A stretch of 64,000 nucleotides of DNA from Candidatus Latescibacterota bacterium (GCA_965197905.1 CBDAOB010000005.1:288001-352000); one strand, 5' to 3'. Shown: positions 40,727-51,779, counted from the first letter of the stretch. Numbers and translations: made by a program. The notes: generated by a model from the sequence alone, not told the origin.

Positions 40727-42655
40727 CTACGAGGGTCGAGCCCTTGACGTAACGAAGTCCACGTTCTCCGTCACTCTCGTGCCGTCGCGTTCGAACGCTT
40801 CGAGGTACTGGGCTATGCGCTGGCGAGCGGTCTGAAGGTCGTGGTTGTTCAGGTTGATATTCAACAGATCGATGTACCAGGGTGGTTTTGTATCGTCCGT
40901 AACGTAGGCCTCGGCGATGGAACGCGCGATCGGCAACGTCGTGGCCTTCGAGTCTGTGTGCACGTCCCGGCCCTCGGCCGCGATGAGCTTGTCGTACTCC
41001 TCCGTGAGCAGCCGCTCGAAGAGCTCTTTGCTGAAGGTGTCGCCTTGAGCGAAGCCGATAGAGTAGTCACCCTCGGTAAGCCTCGCCCCCTTTTGGACCC
41101 ACTCCCACAAGATGCTCAGGCGGATCTCCCCCGTCGCCATATCTTCCATGAGATAGAGGATGTCCTCGTTGCCGAAGAAGTCGGCCGGTTTCAGCGCCGC
41201 CGCCGCGAAACCCTGCCCGAAAGCGTTGCCGTATTGTACGGCGACGCTCACGAGATCGCGCGCTCCTCTCGTTGTTCGCGGCGCAGGCTCGAGTAGCGTC
41301 AACCCCTCGGCGTCCGCCTGCGTGTAGGTCAGCGCGGGGAACTCGCGCCCGGTCTGATTATCCTCGCCCACTGACTCCCACACGGGGCGCACGATGTGGA
41401 CCATCTTCCAGTGCGCGACCCACTTGCCGCTGGCGCCCTCGCGCTGCTCGCGTTCTGCGCCTGCGACGGCCTTCTTCATGCTGGCTTCGACGCCCTCTGT
41501 GGAGCCGACGGGAATGTTGGGCTCCATACCACCTTGCCAGAGGGCGCAGCGACCATCGACGTCAGGCGTGTTGACGGCGCGACGAACGCGGTCCTCGTAG
41601 TTCCGCATGTAGGAGTAGGTCATCGTGATGGCATCGATATTGGGGTTGATGAAACCGGGATCCCAGGCCATCGCATCCGAGACGCTGTTGATATAGTCCC
41701 AGCGGCCGGTGTTGTAGCCGACGAAGTGCTTGCCGAGCGCAGCGCGGATCTCCATCAGCTGATAGGACGCCTCGAGCTGCTCGACCAGGACATAACACTT
41801 GATCGTCCCCCTCGAGAGTCCCAAGTGATCCTCGAGCGCCGTCAGGATGTGGTTCCAGATGGCGGCCTCGCCCGCGGTCTGGATCTTGGGCAGGTAGAGA
41901 ACGACCGAGGAGCCAGCGTGCGCGAGCTGCTCGTGGTTGTTGGTGACGTAGAGCACCGCATCGACGATGGACGCCGAGAAGCCCTTGCCGTCCCCAGCCC
42001 GGATGTGCCGGTCGTCGAGGTGTAGTCCCCGGGCGCGAAAGATCTTCGTCGTGAACTCGAGTTGCTTCTGCCAGTCGTCGATGATCGGGCGCCCGAAGAA
42101 TCCCTGACCCCATTGATTCATCTGCGCGGCCACCTCTTCGGCGGCCTTCAGGAAAATGGGATCCCTGGCGATGGCGAGCTTGAGGTTGCGCTGATTATCG
42201 AGGGACATGGTCCTGATCTGCCCCAACGCGTCCTCGCCGTCGAACATCCAGCCGTCGGCGCCGGAAAGCAGCGCATAGGCGACATTGCGGATGCTCCGCT
42301 CGATCGGCGAGTTGGGCTTAGCCGCCGGGCCGGTGCCCTGGATCCACTGGCGTTTCAGATCATCGGGGATTTCCCCCGCGGTGAACTGGCCATCGCGAGC
42401 ATCCTGGACGCGAATCTCCGTACCGGGAATGCACCCGTCGACATCGAGGAAGGTAATGCGCTCACGATTGCTCGCGCGTGCACTACGGCGCTCGATCCGC
42501 GCAGCCATGACCGCGCGGCGATCGGCCTCGAAGCCGGCCAGCGCAGACAGCGCGCCGAGCGCTGCCGGCGTGTAGATGTCGTCGTAGACCGATGCGAGAT
42601 CGCTCGCGATCTCCATTTCGCGGAGTTCGCCAGTGCCAGCTATGGAATTCGTCAT
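40727..42655 (-). CDS. aceB: Malate synthase
   Basis: WMFDGED, RARGLH, YLPK, NTGRWDY, GKWVAH, LMEDMATGEI. Confidence 0.9.
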   Translation of the reverse strand: MTNSIAGTGELREMEIASDLASVYDDIYTPAALGALSALAGFEADRRAVMAARIERRSARASNRERITFLDVDGCIPGTEIRVQDARDGQFTAGEIPDDLKRQWIQGTGPAAKPNSPIERSIRNVAYALLSGADGWMFDGEDALGQIRTMSLDNQRNLKLAIARDPIFLKAAEEVAAQMNQWGQGFFGRPIIDDWQKQLEFTTKIFRARGLHLDDRHIRAGDGKGFSASIVDAVLYVTNNHEQLAHAGSSVVLYLPKIQTAGEAAIWNHILTALEDHLGLSRGTIKCYVLVEQLEASYQLMEIRAALGKHFVGYNTGRWDYINSVSDAMAWDPGFINPNIDAITMTYSYMRNYEDRVRRAVNTPDVDGRCALWQGGMEPNIPVGSTEGVEASMKKAVAGAEREQREGASGKWVAHWKMVHIVRPVWESVGEDNQTGREFPALTYTQADAEGLTLLEPAPRTTRGARDLVSVAVQYGNAFGQGFAAAALKPADFFGNEDILYLMEDMATGEIRLSILWEWVQKGARLTEGDYSIGFAQGDTFSKELFERLLTEEYDKLIAAEGRDVHTDSKATTLPIARSIAEAYVTDDTKPPWYIDLLNINLNNHDLQTARQRIAQYLEAFERDGTRVTENVDFVTSRARPS

Positions 42656-43476
42656 TCTGCAAACGTCCACACGGAAAGAGCTGTCTTGCTGAATAGCCAC
42701 TCCTTGTCCTCTTCGGTGAGGAAGTCCATGTGGGTCCGAAACATCTCCAGCCCCGGGTTGTAGCCCGGGGCTTTGAGCACGTGGGGGAAGTCGGTCCCCC
42801 ACATCAGGCGCTCGGGACCGAAGGCATCGTAGATGCGCTCGTAGGTCGGGAAAGCGTCCTCGTGCGGATAGGGCAGTTTCGATGTGGGCAACTGGGGCGT
42901 GAACTTGACATACACATTGGGATGCTTCGCCATGTTCAGCACGATGCTCAATACCGGATAGGGCGGATCCTCGTCCGTGGGAGCGCGGCCCATGTGGTCG
43001 AGCACTACCTTGACGTCCGGGAACCGTGCGATGATAGGCTCGACGGCCGGCAGCAGCGGGGCCGGTCCGTAGACGATGAAGGTGGCTCCAAGCTTCTCCG
43101 CGCGCTGCCAGGTCGGATCCTGGTCGGGGGCAGCCCATTCGGCGGGATCGTCGGGTCGTGAGAGGTGAATGCGGAGACCGGCGAAGCCGTCCTCCTCAAC
43201 CAGACGCTGGAGCTGGTCAGGTGCGTCCTTGGCGTGGCGGTCCAGTAATCCGATGGCGGCGAACTTTCCGGGGAAGCGCCGTAGGCACTCGGCCACGTAG
43301 CGGTTGTCGTAGAGGTAGTAGGCCGGCTGGACAATGACGGCCTTGTCCACTCCCGCCTCCTCCATGGTCTCGTTCAACAGCTCCACCGGTGCTCCGTCCT
43401 TCCTGGCTACTCCTTCGGCAAAGGGGTAGCGCTCGAAGTCATCGCTCCAGACGTGAAGGTGGGCATCAACGATCAT
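42652..43476 (-). CDS. Amidohydrolase_2 family protein
   Basis: IVDAHLH, VLDHMG, RLMWGTDFP; ATGA overlap with malate synthase. Confidence 0.9.
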   Translation of the reverse strand: MIVDAHLHVWSDDFERYPFAEGVARKDGAPVELLNETMEEAGVDKAVIVQPAYYLYDNRYVAECLRRFPGKFAAIGLLDRHAKDAPDQLQRLVEEDGFAGLRIHLSRPDDPAEWAAPDQDPTWQRAEKLGATFIVYGPAPLLPAVEPIIARFPDVKVVLDHMGRAPTDEDPPYPVLSIVLNMAKHPNVYVKFTPQLPTSKLPYPHEDAFPTYERIYDAFGPERLMWGTDFPHVLKAPGYNPGLEMFRTHMDFLTEEDKEWLFSKTALSVWTFAE

Positions 43477-43795
43477 ATTTCCTCCTTCGTTCCTGTTCGA
43501 GTCCTCGTTGGCCTGGCTTGAATGTGTGGATTTGACCGTCGAGGACCATACACACCTCTGTCCATACCATACCAATCAAGTTAAAAAGAGGGGTCTTCTC
43601 CACTGTAGGAATGCCCTTCCTGGTTTAATCTACTGTCGTGACCGGCTCGGACCGACGATTTGTTTGCTCACTCGAGCCCGTGGCGATAGAGTTGTTTTAC
43701 ATGGGCCGACGCGTCCGGCGTCGCCTCGTCGACCCTCAGGACCGGGCCCGCGTGCGTCCTTGACACGCCGAATCAATGGCTCACTTTCAGCATCG

Positions 43796-44263
43796 ATGAA
43801 TTTACAGACATCACCGCATCGATCCGCCGCTATGCTGTGTAGCATGTTGTTGGCCGGTTTGCTGACCGGTCAGGATATGCTGGGGGATTTCGTGCTGTGC
43901 CTAGGCACGGATGGCCACGCAGCGCTGGAACCCGCAACCGGTCCCGGTGGGACATGCGAGACCCGTTCTGTTCAGGACCCCGATCGTGAGCTCAGTCTCC
44001 GGTGGTCGCCGGACAACCGCAGTCTGGGACAGCACTGCGGCCCCTGCGAGGACTTCATTCTCGCGCGTGCGAGCCGCACTTATTCCGAGCCGTCCCGTCT
44101 CCAATTCAGCCTCGGCGCTGCTTCACAAGTAGGCATGCCACTGGCGGTACTCCATGTGTCCGCCGCGCACAGTCGATCGGTCAAGCCTCTCGATCGATTC
44201 CATCATCGGGCCCCACTATCCTCGAGCCTGATTGCTCTTCGCAGTACGATCCTGCTGATCTGA
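43796..44263 (+). CDS. Small exported Cys/His protein upstream of the RND pump
   Basis: Hydrophobic N-terminus, VLCLGTDGH, HCGPCED, C-terminal HHRAPL...LRSTILLI. Confidence 0.6.
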   Translation: MNLQTSPHRSAAMLCSMLLAGLLTGQDMLGDFVLCLGTDGHAALEPATGPGGTCETRSVQDPDRELSLRWSPDNRSLGQHCGPCEDFILARASRTYSEPSRLQFSLGAASQVGMPLAVLHVSAAHSRSVKPLDRFHHRAPLSSSLIALRSTILLI

Positions 44264-44395
44264 GCAGGTCCTCCCGCGCCAACAGCGCAGCCCGTTCTAC
44301 CATCTCATTCGCACGCGCTAGCCTGTAGATAACAGGCTAGCCGTCTGTCGCGTGCGCGGCCTAGCATAACCGCAGTGTATCGCTTGGAGGACTCT

Positions 44396-45652
44396 ATGTA
44401 CGTCAAACGTGCCGTTTTGGTATGCCTCATTCTGATACCGTGGCATCCATCGGCCCCTGGAGCGGAGGAACTCATGACGCGCCAGGATGCCATCCGAATC
44501 GCCCTTGAAACCAATCCCGAGGTTGTCGCCGCACGAGCGGAATGGGAAGCGGCGAAAGCGCGAGCGGTACAGGCGGGCGCCTTCCCCGATCCCGAGCTTG
44601 AGCTCGAATATGAAGAGCTGCCGGGAGCGACCGATCTGGGCGCGTTCGGAGAACGCAATCTCGGAGCGACTCAAACCATCGAGTTTCCCCTCAAGTGGTG
44701 GCGGCGCAGGCGCGCCGCTCAACAGGCCGCGCACGCTACGCAGTCATCCGTTTTGGAAGCGACCCGTCAGGAGATCAGCTTGCGTGTCAAGACGGCGTAC
44801 GACCGGGTGCTGTTCAATCAAGAGCGACTCGAGTTCAACAGGGAAAACGTCCAACTGACTCAGAGTTTCCTAACAAAGGCGCGGTTGCGAAGGGAAGCCG
44901 GCGATGTCCCATCTCTCGATGTCATTCGGGCTGAGGTCGAGACGGGCAGGGCAGCCAACCGGCTCTCTCAAGTCCAGAGCGACCTGGACGATGCACGCGC
45001 GACCTTGAACGCTCTGCTTGGGCGGGAAATCAGGATGCCGTTCCGGCTCGCGAGCAATCTTGACTATCAGTCTTCCTCTCAGAAACTCAGCAATCTACAG
45101 GAGCTCGCTCTCAGGCGCCGTCCGGAGATACGCGGCGCCGACTCGGCCCTCGCCAGCGCGCGCTCGCAACATGGAGCCGCTCGGGCCGCTCTGTTTCCCG
45201 ACGTGAGAGTAGGCGTGTTTCGACAGAGGATCGATGCGCCCACAGGGGATGAAGGCTTTTGGAGCGTCGGATTCGGGTTGGAGCTGCCGCTGTGGGGAGC
45301 TGTCAAGCAGCGGGCAGAGCAGGCAGAAGCAAAGGCAGCTGCCGCGCAAGCAGCCGCCGAAGGGACCGGAGCTCGACTGCAAGTCCTGCTGGATGTTGAG
45401 CGAGCGTTATTGCAGTTGAGAAATGCAGAACAACAGGTGCAGTTATTCCAGGGCAAGATCATGGCCGCCGCCGAACGCGCTTTCGAAGTCGCCGGTCGCA
45501 GTTACCGGGAAGGCAAAGCCACTTACCTGGACGTGCTAGAGGCGCAACGGGCGCTCATGGAAGTGCGAGAGGAATATGCGAGCGCACTTTTCGATCACCG
45601 TGCCGCACTCGCCCAACTAGAATGGGCCACAGGAGGGGAGCTGGCCGAATGA
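44396..45652 (+). CDS. czcC: TolC-family outer membrane factor (CzcC-like)
   Basis: ALETNPEV, AFPDPEL, SYREGKATYLDVLEAQR. Confidence 0.88.
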   Translation: MYVKRAVLVCLILIPWHPSAPGAEELMTRQDAIRIALETNPEVVAARAEWEAAKARAVQAGAFPDPELELEYEELPGATDLGAFGERNLGATQTIEFPLKWWRRRRAAQQAAHATQSSVLEATRQEISLRVKTAYDRVLFNQERLEFNRENVQLTQSFLTKARLRREAGDVPSLDVIRAEVETGRAANRLSQVQSDLDDARATLNALLGREIRMPFRLASNLDYQSSSQKLSNLQELALRRRPEIRGADSALASARSQHGAARAALFPDVRVGVFRQRIDAPTGDEGFWSVGFGLELPLWGAVKQRAEQAEAKAAAAQAAAEGTGARLQVLLDVERALLQLRNAEQQVQLFQGKIMAAAERAFEVAGRSYREGKATYLDVLEAQRALMEVREEYASALFDHRAALAQLEWATGGELAE

Positions 45653-45681
45653 TAAAAACAAAAGATGTGAGGAGATATTCT

Positions 45682-46893
45682 ATGACCAGTCTCATCCACG
45701 TCGGTGCAGACGTAATAGGCATCGCATGTGCGGCTATGCTGTCGTTAATCATCCTGGCGGGCGCGACAATGGCCGACGAATCGGAATCCATACGCGGGAA
45801 GCGCGCTGCCCATGAGGCTCACGGCGAAGAAGAGAACATCGTACACCTGAATGCCGAGGAGTTGAAGGAATTCGGAGTGCAGGTGGCGGAGGCCGGGCCC
45901 GGCAGGCTGCAGATACTTATAGAACTGCCCGGTGAAATTGCGATCGACCCCGACCGGCTGGCTCACATCGTTCCCAGAGTGGCCGGTGTGGTGCGCCAGG
46001 TTGACAAGAAGCTAGGCGATCGAGTGCGGGCTGGTGAATTACTCGCTGTACTGGACAGCCGGGAGCTCTCAGAGCTGAAGTCCGCCTACCTGGTCGCCCG
46101 AGAACGCGCCCAGCTGGCCGACGCGACGTTCAATAGGGAAGAGAAACTGTGGCAGGAAGAGATATCGTCGGAGAAGGAGTACCTGGAAGCGAGACAGGCA
46201 CTCGCGGAAGCGCGGATCGAGATGCGGGCGGCCGAGCAGAAGCTGCACGCCCTCGGGTTCTCGGATCGATACGTGCAGGAGCTCAGCTTCGCTGAGGACG
46301 AGCTCTTCACCCGTTACGAGATGATCGCACCCTTCGAAGGCAGGATCATCGAAAAGCACATCACGTTTGGAGAAATGATCCAAGACGACGCGGAGGCGTT
46401 CGTCATCGCCGATCTGACCTCGGTTTGGGCGGTTCTGACGGTGTATCAGAAGGACTTGCCCCGCATCGATCTGGGGCAGCAGGTGAGGATTTCAGTTGGC
46501 GACGCTATGCCCGCGGTCGCGGGTTCGATCGCGTATGTCAGTCCGGTCGTGAACGAGGCCACCCGAACCACTCAGGCACGTGTCGTATTGCCCAATCCCG
46601 ACGGTGCGTGGCGGCCGGGATCCTTTGTCACCGGAAGCTGGGTTGTAGAACAGGTCGACGTTGGGTTGCGCGTACCGACATCCGCCGTACAGATGATAGA
46701 GGGTAAAACATCCGTATTCATAGAAACCGAAGAGGGATTCGAGCCACACCCCGTTCAAGTGGGACGAACGAACGAGACACATGTTGAAATCACGGCCGGT
46801 CTGGTGCCGGGGCAGCACTACGTCGCTGCTGGTGCCTTCACACTGAAGGCGCAGCTGGCCAAGGGCTCGTTCGGCGATGGCCACGGACACTGA
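45682..46893 (+). CDS. czcB: Heavy-metal RND periplasmic adaptor (CzcB-like)
   Basis: HIVPRVAGVV, IADLTSVW, WRPGSFV, C-terminal GHGH. Confidence 0.88.
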   Translation: MTSLIHVGADVIGIACAAMLSLIILAGATMADESESIRGKRAAHEAHGEEENIVHLNAEELKEFGVQVAEAGPGRLQILIELPGEIAIDPDRLAHIVPRVAGVVRQVDKKLGDRVRAGELLAVLDSRELSELKSAYLVARERAQLADATFNREEKLWQEEISSEKEYLEARQALAEARIEMRAAEQKLHALGFSDRYVQELSFAEDELFTRYEMIAPFEGRIIEKHITFGEMIQDDAEAFVIADLTSVWAVLTVYQKDLPRIDLGQQVRISVGDAMPAVAGSIAYVSPVVNEATRTTQARVVLPNPDGAWRPGSFVTGSWVVEQVDVGLRVPTSAVQMIEGKTSVFIETEEGFEPHPVQVGRTNETHVEITAGLVPGQHYVAAGAFTLKAQLAKGSFGDGHGH

Positions 46894-46902
46894 GGGGGAT
46901 CC

Positions 46903-49900
46903 ATGGTAGATCAGTTTATCCAGTTCTCACTCAGGAATCGTCTGCTAGTGGCCGTGCTAGGCACTCTGCTCATGGGCGGTGGATTCTACAGTTACCGTCA
47001 ACTTCCCGTCGACGCTTTCCCCGACGTGTCCCCCAACCTTGTGCAGGTCTTCACCGTCACGGAAGGATTAGCGCCGGAGGAGATCGAGACCTACGTCACC
47101 TATCCGGTCGAAACGGCGATGAACGGTCTGCCGGGGGTCGAACGCGTCCGCTCGGTTTCGAATTTCGGTCTTTCGGTGGTCAACATCTATTTCGAAGACG
47201 GGATGGACATCTACTTCGCCCGCCAGCTGGTCAACGAGCGGCTGCAGGAAGCGCGCGAACAGATTCCGGAAGGGTTCGGGGAACCCGAAATGGGTCCCAT
47301 CTCCACAGGGATGGGGCTGATACTCTTCTATTACCTGGAAGATGACACCGGTCAGTATTCCCTGGAAGAGCTGCGCACGATCCAGGACTGGTTGGTCAAG
47401 TTCCAGCTGCAAACGGTGCCTGGCGTGACCGAAGTGCTGGGCATCGGAGGATACGAGAAGCAGTACCACGTGGTCGTGGACCCCAACTCCCTTCTGCGTT
47501 ACGACGTTGGGATTCAGGATGTCATAGAGAAGATCGAGGCCAACAACCTGAACGTTGGAGCCCAATTCATCGAGAGAGATGCAGAAGAGTACGTCGTCCG
47601 CTCAGTCGGTCTGGCCTCCAGCATCGAGGATATCCGCAACATCATCATCAAAGCGGAGGATGGAACGCCGGTTTTTCTGAGCGAGCTGGCCGACGTGCGC
47701 GTCGGTGGAGCCATCCGCCGGGGCGTGCAAACCGCCCATGGCGTAGGGGAAGTGGTGTCCGGCATGGTGATCAAGCTTTTCGGCGCCAACTCTTCCACCG
47801 TGATCGAACGAGTAGAAGCGAAGATGGTTCAGATCAATCGCATCTTGCCGGAGGGGGTGCGGATCGTTCCCTACTATGAGCAAAAGACTCTGGTGGCAGC
47901 TTGTGTCGCCACGGTGACCAGCGCCCTGGTAGAGGGCATCGGCCTGGTCGTCGTTGTGCTGCTCGTCTTTATGGGCAGCGTGAGACCCAGCCTCGTTGTA
48001 GCTCTGTGCATACCCTTTTCACTGTTGTTCGCCACGCTCTGGATGAACTACCTCGGGATGTCCGCCAATCTCATGTCCATGGGCGGTCTGGCAATCGCCA
48101 TCGGCATGATGGTGGACGGCACGATCGTCGTCGTCGAGAACGCCGATCGCATGCTGCGGCAGGCATCGGAGGATGAGTCGCGCCTCAGTGTGATCGGTCG
48201 AGCCTGCATGGAGGTCGGCAGGCCGATCCTGTTCGCGATTGCGATCATCATCATCGTATTTCTGCCGCTTTTCACCCTCCAGGGTGTCGAAGGGAAGACC
48301 TTTCGGCCACTGGCTCATACGGTGGCGTTAGCCATGCTGGGCTCGCTGGTGTTTGCGCTCTTTGTGGCACCGATGCTGGCCAGCCTGCTGATGCGTTCCA
48401 GTAAGAGCTCGCAAGGGGCAGAGGGTCGAGGTGAGAATCGCGTCGTGCGCGCTCTGGTCGATGGTTATCACCCTCTGATTTCACACTTCGTGCGCCATCG
48501 CGCTCGAGCGCTGGGACTGGCAGGGGCACTACTGGCGATCGGTGCCTTCCTGTTTCCTCGTTTGGGATCGGAATTCACACCTGAGCTGCAGGAGGGGACC
48601 ATGGTCCTGCGATTGACCATGGCGCCGTCAATTTCCCTGAAGGAGAGCACCCGGATCACGCTGCTGGTCGAGCGCCGCTTGATGAGGATGCACGAGATCC
48701 GAGGAGTCGTCTCGCGTATCGGCCGCGGAGAAATTGGAGCTCACACGGACCCGATTAACAATGCCGAGATCTACATTCTGCTCAAGCCGCGGTCGGAGTG
48801 GCGCGAGGCGAGCAACCAGAAGGAGCTGCAGGAGGTCATCCGCGACCATCTCGGCGAAGTGCCTGGAGCACTGACCAACTTCACGCAGCCGATCGCCATG
48901 GCCGTCGACGAACTGATGGAGGGCGTTCGCGCCGAGCTCGCCGTCAAGCTTTTCGGCGACGATCTGGAACTGTTGAAAAGCAAGGCGGAGGAGATCGCTG
49001 TGGTGGTGGGACAGGTCGTAGGAGCAGCCGACGTGCAGGTGGACCAGGTCAGCGGTACACCGCAGTTGCTGGTTAGAGTCGACCGTCAGGCCATAGCCCG
49101 TTACGGCATCAACGTCGCCGATGTTCAGGGGGTGATTCGCGCTGCGGTCGGAGGTCAAACAGCCGGCCAGGTGTTTGAAGGCGTGCGCCGGTTCGACATC
49201 CTGGTCCGGTTCGCGCCAGAGTACCGCACCACGAAAGAGGACATCTCGCAGATCCTCGTGCACGGACCGGATGGCCTGAAGGTGCCCCTCAGTCAGCTCG
49301 CCCATGTCGAAGAAATCGTCGGCCCCAGACAGGTCACGCGGGAGAACAGTCAACGATTCATCGCGATACAGTGCAATGTAACCGACAGGGACATCGGCAC
49401 CTTCGTCGAGGAAGCCCAGAAAGCCATCGAGGCGCGCATCGAATTGCCGCCGGGATATCTGGTCACCTGGGGTGGACAGTTCAGGAATCAGCAGCGGGCG
49501 ATGGAGCGCCTGTCGGTCATCGTGCCACTGACGGTGTTCCTGATCTTCATCATGCTGTACTCGGCGTTCAACTCCCTGAGAAACGCGGTACTCATCATTC
49601 TCAACATCCCTTTTGCCCTGTCCGGCGGCATCGTGGCGCTGTTTGTGACTGGCCTCTACCTCAGTGTGCCGGCGACCGTGGGTTTCATCGCCCTGTTCGG
49701 TGTCGCTGTTCTGAACGGTGTCGTCATGGTGAGTTACATCAACCAGCTACGCGACGAGGGTATGGCGCTGGAGGAGGCCGTGATCCACGGTGCCAAGCTG
49801 AGGCTCCGGCCGGTGCTGATGACGGCGCTGGTGGCCAGCCTGGGGCTGGTCCCGCTACTGCTGTCGTCGGGTGTGGGCTCGGAGGTGCAGCGGCCGCTGG

Positions 49901-50007
49901 CGACGGTTGTCATAGGCGGGCTGCTTACATCGACGGTGCTGACGCTGTTCGTTCTGCCTACCCTCTACGGATGGTTAGAGCAGCAGAAGGAGCGAGCCCA
50001 GATCTAA
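46903..50007 (+). CDS. czcA: CusA/CzcA-family heavy-metal efflux RND transporter
   Basis: LPVDAFPDVS, ANLMSMGGLAIAIGMMVDG, RLRPVLMTA, QRPLATVVIGGL. Confidence 0.93.
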   Translation: MVDQFIQFSLRNRLLVAVLGTLLMGGGFYSYRQLPVDAFPDVSPNLVQVFTVTEGLAPEEIETYVTYPVETAMNGLPGVERVRSVSNFGLSVVNIYFEDGMDIYFARQLVNERLQEAREQIPEGFGEPEMGPISTGMGLILFYYLEDDTGQYSLEELRTIQDWLVKFQLQTVPGVTEVLGIGGYEKQYHVVVDPNSLLRYDVGIQDVIEKIEANNLNVGAQFIERDAEEYVVRSVGLASSIEDIRNIIIKAEDGTPVFLSELADVRVGGAIRRGVQTAHGVGEVVSGMVIKLFGANSSTVIERVEAKMVQINRILPEGVRIVPYYEQKTLVAACVATVTSALVEGIGLVVVVLLVFMGSVRPSLVVALCIPFSLLFATLWMNYLGMSANLMSMGGLAIAIGMMVDGTIVVVENADRMLRQASEDESRLSVIGRACMEVGRPILFAIAIIIIVFLPLFTLQGVEGKTFRPLAHTVALAMLGSLVFALFVAPMLASLLMRSSKSSQGAEGRGENRVVRALVDGYHPLISHFVRHRARALGLAGALLAIGAFLFPRLGSEFTPELQEGTMVLRLTMAPSISLKESTRITLLVERRLMRMHEIRGVVSRIGRGEIGAHTDPINNAEIYILLKPRSEWREASNQKELQEVIRDHLGEVPGALTNFTQPIAMAVDELMEGVRAELAVKLFGDDLELLKSKAEEIAVVVGQVVGAADVQVDQVSGTPQLLVRVDRQAIARYGINVADVQGVIRAAVGGQTAGQVFEGVRRFDILVRFAPEYRTTKEDISQILVHGPDGLKVPLSQLAHVEEIVGPRQVTRENSQRFIAIQCNVTDRDIGTFVEEAQKAIEARIELPPGYLVTWGGQFRNQQRAMERLSVIVPLTVFLIFIMLYSAFNSLRNAVLIILNIPFALSGGIVALFVTGLYLSVPATVGFIALFGVAVLNGVVMVSYINQLRDEGMALEEAVIHGAKLRLRPVLMTALVASLGLVPLLLSSGVGSEVQRPLATVVIGGLLTSTVLTLFVLPTLYGWLEQQKERAQI

Positions 50008-50233
50008 AAACTCGCGAACTGGTTGACGATACACAGCCCCCGAAGCACCCCTTCCATCCCGCTGGCGACAGCGACAGGACACCGCCGCTGATCACCCTGC
50101 GGGCGATGATCCTGGGCCTCTCGACCATTTGGGCGAAGCAACGAGGTCGGGGTACCCAAGTTGTGTACAAGTTCGCGCGTGTGGAGGCCAGCTCATGAGA
50201 CGGGGCGGCCGGCGGCCGAAGATCCGCGTCGCG

Positions 50234-51565
50234 CTATTCTTCCGCAATGCAATAGAGACTTCGTTCGCCCCGGAGGAACAGTTCACGCCCGGCCAAGGCG
50301 GCTGAGGCGCTGAAGCTGTCATCCAGCTGGTTGATGGCGAGGACCCTGGGATGGTCATCGTGACTCAATACCAGCGTTGCTCCGTCGCGGTCGGTGATGT
50401 AGACCCGGTTCGCCGCGCCTACAGGTGAAGCGAACACATTGCTGATGCCATTCAGCCGCATCGGACCTGGCCGGTCTTGGCCCGACCGGGCGTCGACGCG
50501 GGTCAGAACGTTTTGGAAGTGCCGGATAAAGTAGAGGGAATCCCCATAGAGCAGCGGTGAGGGCACGTAAGGCGCTCCTCTAGCACGTTTCCAAACGACC
50601 TGCTTGGTCCCTGTAATGTCACCTTTGGCGCCGGCGAGCTGAATGGCAAGCATGCCCTGCCGGTCGTAGCTGCTTCCTGCATACACCATGCCGCTCCCGG
50701 TAATCGGGGTGGCGACTACGTTTTCCAGCGACAGCCCGTCGCATTTCCAGATGACTTCGCCATTGGCCAGGTCGTAGCTTTGGACGCGCCCCGAGCCGCT
50801 GATGATCACCTGTGGTCTGTCGCCGTGCTCGACAATAATGGGTGTGGACCAGGACGAAACCGCGTCCCGTGAAACCTTCCAACGCTCCTTCCCAGTACGT
50901 TTGTCGAACGCCAAGAGATAGGACTGGCCTTCGTGATCCCAATTGACCACGAGGGTTTCTGCATGAAGAGCGGGCGAGCTGCCTTCGCCATGCCCATGCA
51001 TCATCTGTTTGCGGCCGAGGTCCCGCTCCCAAAGCAACGCCCCTTCGAGGCTCATACCATACAGACCGAACGATCCAAAAAATGCGAACAAGTGCTCACC
51101 GTCTGTAACTGAGGAGTTAGAGGCAAGGCTCGCGGTGACATGGCCGCCGAAGTCAGGCAATTCCTCCCGCAGAGTACGTTCCCAAACGATCTCGCCGTTG
51201 CGGCGGTTGATCGCCATAACCATAAACCGGTGCCTACGCGTTACTGCAAGTTCATCATGCGCTCCTGAGATGCCGCTGAAGCCTGGTTCCAGAGTCTTGC
51301 CAAATGGAACCGCCGCCGTAACAAAGACCCGCTCGCCCCAGATGATCGGAGTCCCGTGCCCTTTGCCCGGCAACTCGATTTTCCAGCGGATGTTCCGCTC
51401 CTCACTCCATTCGATCGGAGGGGTGGCATGTGAAGCAACGCCGTTGCCCGGGAACCCGCGCCACTGAGGCCAGTATTGAGCGACACCGGACCCACCGTCC
51501 GCGTCGATTGCGGCCGCCGACCCGACCGCGACTAGACAAACGAATACAGAAAACTGTTTTTTCAT
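50234..51565 (-). CDS. PQQ-like beta-propeller protein (BamB-like)
   Basis: WPQWRG, W...TPII, AFDKRTGKERW, PYVPSPL. Confidence 0.88.
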   Translation of the reverse strand: MKKQFSVFVCLVAVGSAAAIDADGGSGVAQYWPQWRGFPGNGVASHATPPIEWSEERNIRWKIELPGKGHGTPIIWGERVFVTAAVPFGKTLEPGFSGISGAHDELAVTRRHRFMVMAINRRNGEIVWERTLREELPDFGGHVTASLASNSSVTDGEHLFAFFGSFGLYGMSLEGALLWERDLGRKQMMHGHGEGSSPALHAETLVVNWDHEGQSYLLAFDKRTGKERWKVSRDAVSSWSTPIIVEHGDRPQVIISGSGRVQSYDLANGEVIWKCDGLSLENVVATPITGSGMVYAGSSYDRQGMLAIQLAGAKGDITGTKQVVWKRARGAPYVPSPLLYGDSLYFIRHFQNVLTRVDARSGQDRPGPMRLNGISNVFASPVGAANRVYITDRDGATLVLSHDDHPRVLAINQLDDSFSASAALAGRELFLRGERSLYCIAEE

Positions 51566-51779
51566 TGGATGCACACCCCACTACGGGAATGAAGGCGAAG
51601 GTGTGACCCGCGACAAGGCGCGGGTGCCGCAATCAGTGTCAGTTGCGTGTATTGAGAGAATATGTCCCTCAGGGATCTGTCCGACCGCGCCGCCAACTTG
51701 CTTTGATCCGAATTAGACACATTTTTCCGGTACCAGGAACACTGTCTTTTCGGCCTCCTTCCCAAAGGTTTTCTTTGTT

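Noticed and set aside
40727..43138. 803-aa malate synthase fusion in the ORF track
   Set aside because: The N-terminal extension overlaps the amidohydrolase in another frame; the likely start is 42655.
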